NCBI GenBank assembly: GCA_963845755.1
Contig: CAWJTV010000002.1
Coordinates: forward strand, 9,394 to 73,393
Length of the DNA: 64,000 bases
DNA from: an uncultured Planctomycetota bacterium
Lineage (GTDB): Bacteria; Planctomycetota; Planctomycetia; Isosphaerales; Isosphaeraceae
Reading direction: 5' to 3'
This document shows, piece by piece, positions 57,201-64,000 of this stretch. Position 1 is the first letter of the stretch; each line of letters begins with the position of its first letter. The notes under the pieces were generated by a model, which saw only the letters and a list, made by a program, of their open reading frames with translations, was not told where the DNA came from and searched no databases. A program made the translations under genes and the position numbers.

Positions 57201-58742
57201 GGGGCTCGAGACGCCCGCCAGCGACGCCGAGATCACGCTCGTGCCGACGGCCACCGTCGTGGCCAGGCCGGACGAGTCGATCGTCGCCACCGACGGCGTC
57301 GCCGACGCCCAATTCACCGAATTGGTGACGTCGCGCGTCGTGCCATCGGAGTAGGTGCCCGCGGCGGTGAGCCGCTGCGTGAGGCCCACGCCGACAGACG
57401 GATTGCCGGGAGTGACGGTGATCGACGTCAAGGCCGGACGGCTACTCATCCCGAAGGAGGCCAGGTCGGGGACGAGTTGGCTGCCGTTGGGCGTGCCCAG
57501 CCCCGTGACGAGATCGTAGCCCGGGCCGGCATTGAAGCGGTTGTAGCCGTGGAGGATGTCGTGGAAGTCGCCGGGCTCGCTGCTCGCGAGGCTGTAGAGC
57601 GCGGCGAGCAACTGGTCGGAGCTGAAGGTCTGGCCGCCGCCGAGGACACGGCCCTGGTCGGCCAGGGCGACCATGCCTGCCATCAGGGGCGAGGCGAGGC
57701 TGGTGCCGCCGTACACTCCCCACGTCGTGCCGAAGTCGTACGGATCGTAGATGGGCACGCCGGTGCTGGGGTCGGCGTCGGCGGAGATGTCGGGGATCGT
57801 CCGCTGGCCGGTGGACTGGAACGACGTCTGATAGCTCGGTTCAGGCTCATACCGACTGATGCCCCCGCCGCCGCCGATGCTGAGGTTGTACGAGTCGCTT
57901 CCTACGCTCCAGCCGACTTCGCCATCCGTTCCCGTCCCCGGGTAGTCGCCCTGGGAGTCGAGGTTGTACAGGCTGGTACCGCCGACGGCCACGACGTGCG
58001 GCGAGAAAGCGGGATAGCCACCGGGAGCCCCGTGGTCTCCCGTCGAGGCCAGGAAAGCGACTCCCGGTACCTGGAAGATCGGGTCTTCCTGGCTCACCTG
58101 TTCGGGATACTCGAACTCCCCGTAGCTCATCGAGACCACCGTGGCCAGTTTACCGGCCTCGGCCTCGGCCGCGAGGAAGCCCCCATACGTGCCATCGTTT
58201 TCGACGAGGACGATGTTGGCCGCGGGCGCCATCGCGTGGGCCCACTCGACGTCCAGCGCTTCCTCCGCCTCCCAATCGCCCGCACCGGGCCCATTCGGAT
58301 CCAAGCCGGGCAGATTCGTGGTCTGGCCGTTCTGATTGACCTTGATGAAGCTCGGCGGATCGGGCAGGAGGAACTGCTGATCGAAGATGTGCAGTGCACT
58401 CGTCTCGAAGTTGGGATCGGTCGAGTTCACGAAGCTCGGGTTGTCGTAGGCATCGACCAGCGCGATGGTCTGGCCCGCCCCATCTCCCTTCTGCCCCGCG
58501 AAGCTGACTTGACTGAAACCGTAGGCGTTCTGAAGCTGTTGCGGCGTGTAGCCCGTCGGTGCCGACGTCGAGAGGGGGACCCACCCCCCGTTCGGGCCCA
58601 TGACCTCGACGGGCACAGCGCCCGGGACCGCCGCCGAGGACGACAGGACCAATCTGAGTTCCAGGCGCTCGACCGTCGGTCGGAGCGAGTTCCGGGCTGT
58701 TCGCTTGACGACGGGACGTGGGAATCGCTGACGTGATGACAT
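51232..58742 (-). CDS. Giant secreted protein (~2500 aa, indels): S53 sedolisin protease, 2x Big_2, CSLREA/beta-helix repeats, GWTG repeats, RTX-like tail
   Basis: PTVERLELRLVLS motif; EEALDVEWAHAMAP, ASTGD, GGTSLASP; SLREAI; repeated GGGL.N.GTATLTDCT.SGN; GGGNDIL. Confidence 0.82.
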
Positions 58743-58982
58743 GGGTTGCTCCTCTGGGAGGTGTCTGAGATCGGTTCGGAAACGGCACTTACCGTCCGGG
58801 AAGGGCCCTCAAGCCTCGACCCCTGGTTTGATGGTCCCGCGCGGCGCCTCTGTGAATTCGGCCGGCGCCGCCACAGGCACGGACATCTCCCGTGATCGCC
58901 GAACCATCCGGGTCGCCGAGCCGCACCCGCGGCGGGGGCCGGTCGCGGGCCCGGTGTCCGTTCGACCCGCACGAGAGAGGAA

Positions 58983-59009
58983 AGCGGTGATCGCGGCCCG
59001 AACCTTACA
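58983..59009 (-). promoter_or_regulatory. Putative ECF-dependent promoter of the giant S53 gene
   Basis: TGTAAGGTTC-N6-CGATC-A-CCGCT, 22/27 identical to 60065-60091. Confidence 0.6.
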
Positions 59010-59225
59010 GCACTTGGCCAAGAAAGCGGAAAAAAACTCGTCGCGAGCCGGGCGGGTCGGAGACCGGCCGGGGACGGGGCGTCGGGACGGGCGGGCGCGG
59101 CGCGACCCCACGGCCATTTCGTGCCCAGGAAGGATGCGATGGGGGTCGGCCCGGGTTATAATCGCTCGCCGTTGGGATGGATCACCGAGAGCGGTTCGCG
59201 TTGGGGTTGCACACGCGCGACCGAA

Positions 59226-59307
59226 CCCCTCCTTGCGAAGGGGGGGAAAGGAAACCGAGCGCGCCCCTCCCGTTTAGCCCCCTTGCGAACGGGGGCCAAG
59301 GGGGGGT
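59226..59307. repeat. Paired CCCCCTT-GCG-AAGGGGG hairpins (REP-like)
   Basis: Two similar C-run/G-run stem-loops at 59226-59246 and 59277-59296. Confidence 0.55.
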
Positions 59308-59465
59308 GACCCGAGGCGTTCGGCCGCCCGGGCTCGCGCGTGCTCCCCTGATTCGGGAGCCGCTCGAAGTCAATTCCAGCCGCCCCCGTGGCCGACGCGG
59401 TCGCCGGGATGAGCCCGGGCTGGCCGACGGCGGCGGCAGGTGGGCGGCCTGCCGGAGGTCGCGCG

Positions 59466-60047
59466 ATGGCGGCGACAAGGGAAAGTCTCCTGATCCGGGC
59501 GCAGGGAGGCGATGAGGCGTCGTGGAAAGACCTCGCCGACCTGTACCGGCCGTTCCTCGTTAACTGGCTGAGCCGGCACGAGGTCCCGGCCCGGGATGTT
59601 GACGACCTGACGCAGGAGATCCTCGTCTCGGTCGTGCAGTACCTCCCCTCGTTCCGGCACCCGGGGCATCCCGGCGCCTTCCGATCGTGGCTCCGCGTCA
59701 TCGCCGCCAACCGGGTCCATGACTACTGGCGGGCCCGCGAGCCCGAGGCCCCGGTCAGCGGCGGTAGCGGCGTGGCCGAGATCTTGAACCAGGTCGCCGA
59801 CCCGGATAGCGCCCTGAACCGCCATTGGGATGAGGAGCACGATCGCTACGTGCTCCGCTGCCTGCTCGACCTGGTGGAGCAGGAGTTCGAGCCGAAGACC
59901 TTCCGGGCGTTCCGCCGGCTGGCCCTCGACGGCGCCACCGGCGCCGAGGTGGCGGCCGAGCTGGGGCTGAGCGTGGGGGCAGCCTACGTGGCCAAGACGC
60001 GGGTCTTGCAGCGGATCCGTGAGGAGGCGGCCGGGTTGATCGACTGA
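59466..60047 (+). CDS. ECF sigma-70 factor
   Basis: TRESLL..DEASW..LYRP..DDLTQE..FRSWL; EVAAELGLSVGAAYVAKTRV. Confidence 0.92.
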   Translation: MAATRESLLIRAQGGDEASWKDLADLYRPFLVNWLSRHEVPARDVDDLTQEILVSVVQYLPSFRHPGHPGAFRSWLRVIAANRVHDYWRAREPEAPVSGGSGVAEILNQVADPDSALNRHWDEEHDRYVLRCLLDLVEQEFEPKTFRAFRRLALDGATGAEVAAELGLSVGAAYVAKTRVLQRIREEAAGLID

Positions 60048-60064
60048 TCGGCCCTGCCAGATGG

Positions 60065-60091
60065 TGTAAGGTTCCCGGCCCGATCGCCGCT
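60065..60091 (+). promoter_or_regulatory. Putative ECF-dependent promoter of the kinase gene
   Basis: TGTAAGGTTC-N6-CGATC-G-CCGCT in the 93-bp ECF-kinase gap. Confidence 0.6.
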
Positions 60092-60140
60092 ATAAGAAGA
60101 AGTGGAGCCCGTTCTCCCCGACGTCCCTTGAGAGACCGCG

Positions 60141-63100
60141 ATGCACGACTCCGACCCCGGCCACCTGACCGCCGAGCAACTGCGCGCCTTCTCCCACGGG
60201 CAGGTCGAGGCGGCCGAGCAGGAGCGCGTCGCCGCCCACCTGGCCGGATGTGCGGCCTGCTGCGCCGCGCTGGATGACCTCACCCCGCGGGACGCGCTGC
60301 GTGACTCGACTCCGGGACGCGGTCGGCGAGGACCAGGCCAGCCGCGAGGCGGACGCCGCTCGCCAGTCGGCCGTCCGGGCCTTGCGGCGGGGTCACTGGC
60401 GGGAGGGCCTGACGCCCCGGCCGCCCGAGCAGCACAGTGGCGGGATCGCGCGCGACCCCGCTCCGGGATCCGCCCCCGACGCCGCCGACCTGGCAGGTCG
60501 GGGCCTACGACCTCCTCGGCGAGGTGGGCCGTGGCGGCATGGGGGTGGTGTACAAGGCCCGACACCGCGAGCTCAACCGTGTGGTGGCGCTCAAGATGGT
60601 GCTAGCCGGCGAGTTCGCCTCCGCGTCTCAGCGGCTGCGGTTCCAGCGCGAGGCGGAGCTCACCGCCCGGGTCCGGCACACCCACATCGTCCAGGTCTAT
60701 GAGGTCGGTCAGGTGGGGGACCGGCCGTACCTGGCGATGGAGTGGGTCGAGGGCGGCACGCTGGCCGACCGGCTCGACGGCACGCCGTGGCCGGCCCGTG
60801 CGGCGGCGCTCCTGGTCGGCACGCTCGCCCGGGCGATCGACGCGGCGCACCGGCAGGGGGTGATCCACCGCGACCTCAAGCCGGCGAATATCCTGGTGCA
60901 GCCGGCCGAGGAGGCCGACTCGGGCGGGGTGCGGTCGGGCCGCGACGGGGCCGACCCGCTCGGCGGGCTTGTGCCCAAGATCACCGACTTCGGCCTGGCC
61001 CGGACGGTGCAGGGCCAGGCCGGCCTGACGCGGACCGGGTTCACGGTGGGCACCCCCGAGTACATGGCTCCCGAGCAAGCCGGCGGCGACAGCGGTCAGG
61101 TGGGTCCGGCGGTCAACGTTTACGCCCTGGGAGTGATCCTCTATCAACTCCTGACCGGGCGGCCCCCGTTCCGGGGCGAGAGCCCGGCGGAGGTGCTCCG
61201 CGCGTCGGCCTCGGCCCCACCGATCGCGCCGCGGCGGCTCGAGCCGCGGGTGCCGCGCGACCTGGAGACGATCGTGCTCAAAGCCCTCGAGAAGGAGCCC
61301 GCGCACCGCTACCGGACGGCCGAGGCGCTGGCGGAGGATCTGCGGCGGCTCCTCGCCGATGAGCCGATCCTGGCGCGGCCGCCGTCGGCGCTGTACCACC
61401 TGCGCCAGTTCGCCCGCCGGCACACGGGCCTGGTGGGCGGGGTGCTGGGCGTCTTCACCGCCCTGCTGGCGGGGACCATCGTCTCGGTCGGCTTTGCCTC
61501 GCGCGCCGAGCATAACGCCCGACAGGCCATCGCCGAGAAGCGCAAGGCGCAGTTCCAGGAGTACCCGCCCGGCTGGCGGCCGCGGTCGCGGCCCTGTCGA
61601 CGCACGACGTGGCCGACGCCGCGCACCAGCTCGAGGAGGCCCCGGAGGACCTGCGCGGCTGGGAATGGTGGCACCTGCACAGCCGGCTCGACGACAGCTC
61701 GTCGGTGATCCCGATGCCCGTCGGGGAGCGCCGAGTCCTGATCCCCGGCCCGGCCGGGATCCGGTTCGGGGTCCTGGACGGCGACCGCCTGCGCGTCGCG
61801 GATGTGGAGAGGGGCGAGCCGGCGACGGTACCGGTTCGCCTGGCGGTCCGGCGCGCCGTGACGGCCGCGGAGACGAGCCGGGGGCTACGGGTCGCCGTCT
61901 GGGACGGCGGGAACTTCGACCTGCTCGACGAGGCCGGCCGGCTCCTCGGTCGCACGGACATCCCCGAGGGAGCCATGTCCTTGTTCGCCTTCAGCCCGGA
62001 CGGCACCCGGATCGCGTGGATCAAGCCCGAGCGCGATCGGTGGCGGCTCTACCTGGGCGACGCGACGTCCGGCCGGCCGACGACGATCTGCGACGGCCAC
62101 CACGGCTTGATCTGGGGTTTGACCTTCAGCCCGGACGGCACCCGCCTTGCCTCGGTCAGCGAAGACCAGAGCGCGTGCCTGTGGGACACGGCCACCGGCG
62201 CCCTGCTCGCCACGTGTCGGGGGCACGCGAGCAAGCTCCTCAGCGCCGCGTTCCGGCCGGACGGCGCGCGCCTGGTGACGACCTCCGCGGACGGGACGGT
62301 GCGCCAGTGGGGACGTCGCGACGGGCCGGGAGGTCGAGCCGCCTTACGACCACCACACCGGCGAGGTCGCCGCCGCCGTGTACAGCCCGGACGGGCGATG
62401 GGTCGCCTCGGCGGGCACCGACCGCACCGTCCGGGTGTGGCGCGCGACGGGCCGGCAGGACGTGGCGGTCCTGCACGGCCACACCGGGAGCGTGACCGGG
62501 TTGGCGTTCGCCCCGGACGGCCGCCGGCTGGCCTCGCTCAGTATCGAACGGAATCTCGGCTGGGCAGGGGACGATACCGTGCGGGTCTGGGACGTGGACC
62601 CCCACGCGACCCTGCCGGTCCTGCGCGGCCACACCAGCTACGTCTACCCGGTGGCCTACAGCCCCGACGGCCGCTGGATCGCCTCGGGGGACTGGCACAG
62701 CACGGTGCGCCTGTGGGATGCGGCGACCGGCGCGCGTGCGCGAGGTTGCCTCACCCCGGGATCGTGCGGTGTCTGGCCTTCGGCCCCGACGGTCGATGGC
62801 TGGTGAGCGGGTGCGACGGAGGATCCCCGCTGCGGATCTGGGACGTGGCGACGGCTCGCGTCCGCCAGGAGATCCGGGTCCCTTCTCAACATTTCCAGTC
62901 GTTGACCGTCAGCCCGGACGGGAGGAGAGTGGCCGCAACGGCGCTCGACCCGCAGAGCAACACGCACCACCTGCACGTCTGCGACATCGCGTCCGGCGAG
63001 CGACTGTTCTCGGCCCAAGGCGGGGTCCTGGCCTACAGCCCCGACGGCCGCTGGCTGGCCGTCCAGGCCGCGGATATGAAGACCGTGCTCCTCCTGGATG

Positions 63101-63710
63101 CGCGGACGCACGCGACGTCCGCGCGATTCCCTGGCCACGAGAAGGACGTCGTGTCGGCCGCCTTCAGTCCCGACGGCCGCCTCCTGGCTTCGTGCGGCCT
63201 GGACCGTACCGTTCGCCTGTGGCCGCTCGACGGCGGCGCGTGCGTGGTGCTGCGCGGGCACACCGACGATGTCTTCGCGACGGCATTCCACCCCGACGGC
63301 ACGCGCCTGGTGTCGGCCGGCCGTGACCGGGCGGTCTGGCTCTGGGACCTGGCCGGGGCGAGGAAGTGGCGCGGCTCCAGGGCCACACCAGCTACGTCTG
63401 GTCGCTGGCCTTCAGCCCCGACGGCACCACGCTGGCGTCCGGCTCGGGCGACTTCACGGTCCGCCTCTGGGATACGGAGCCGCTGAAGGTGCGCTACCGG
63501 GCGCAACGCGAGGCCGAGGCCCTGCGGCCCGAGGCCGAACGACTGGTGGAGTCGTTATGGCGGCAGAAGCACGACCCGGCCGGGGTCGTGGCCGCCCTCC
63601 GGGCCGACCGGGTGCTGAGCGCGTCGCTGCGTCAGGCGGCCCTGCGTGCTGTGCTGCGGAGGGCACAACCGCCGGAAGCCGTTACAGGCGACCGGCACGA
63701 CACGCCCTGA
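60141..63710 (+). CDS. Ser/Thr kinase with N-terminal ZAS zinc finger, TM helix and WD40 propeller(s) (frameshifts)
   Basis: [36 protein letters not shown]; many GH..V..AFSPDG..D.TVRLWD repeats. Confidence 0.88.
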
Positions 63711-64000
63711 GACGGAGGATGGCCGCCCGACCGGCCGGCCGCACCGGACGGCGCCCATCCTGTTCGAGTGAGTCCGCGAGACGTTCATCGCGATGCGCGA
63801 GCGGGATGACAAGCCCGGCGGCGCGGTCCGCCTCAACGTCATCGGGCGGTCGTGAAAGGACGACGGCCCGGGCAGCCCGATGATCCGGGGGATTGTCCCG
63901 CAGAACCAGAGGGACCCCTGCACGCTCAAGGCATTCCCCGGAGCACTGGATCACCCGGTTGATCTCGGCGAGGCTTGAGGAGCAAGGGCTCGGTGCCGGT

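Noticed and set aside
9085..63710. Numerous frameshifts read as mass pseudogenisation or programmed recoding
   Set aside because: Single-base breaks are scattered through unrelated genes whose catalytic motifs are intact; long-read indel error is more likely, though unverified without reads.
63720..64000. Partial CDS at the window end
   Set aside because: No frame gives a recognisable protein.

Overview
GC-rich bacterial DNA, most likely a planctomycete (inferred from LExLExRxLL-type export motifs, DUF1580, DUF1257/DUF2997 and ECF-kinase pairs). Many otherwise intact genes are split by single-base indels, probably long-read assembly errors, so several CDS calls are joined across frames. Layout: (1) 0.2-3.9 kb core genes: a receiver/anti-sigma kinase fusion and exbB-exbD-exbD. 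(2) 4.1-8.9 kb an integrase-less mini-island in tRNA-Gly(CCC). It duplicates the 5' half of the tRNA, supplies a replacement promoter and carries a PD-(D/E)XK nuclease, a HEPN gene and a complete ISKra4-like IS. (3) From 9 kb an integrative element with a tyrosine integrase and its own replication module (SF3-like ATPase, HTH/DUF1580, Sak4-like AAA_24, SSB-like protein, Zn-TOPRIM-DUF3987 primase-helicase, iteron/AT-rich origin, family-A DNA polymerase), with no virion or conjugation genes visible. (4) A RAYT transposase with REPs. (5) Two copies of a divergent 'giant secreted protein / ECF sigma + membrane Ser/Thr kinase' module (about 4600 aa with a vanadium haloperoxidase-like domain; about 2500 aa with an S53 protease). 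Between them lie a DUF1257-DUF2997-AAA cassette, palindromic repeats and a 229-bp MITE.
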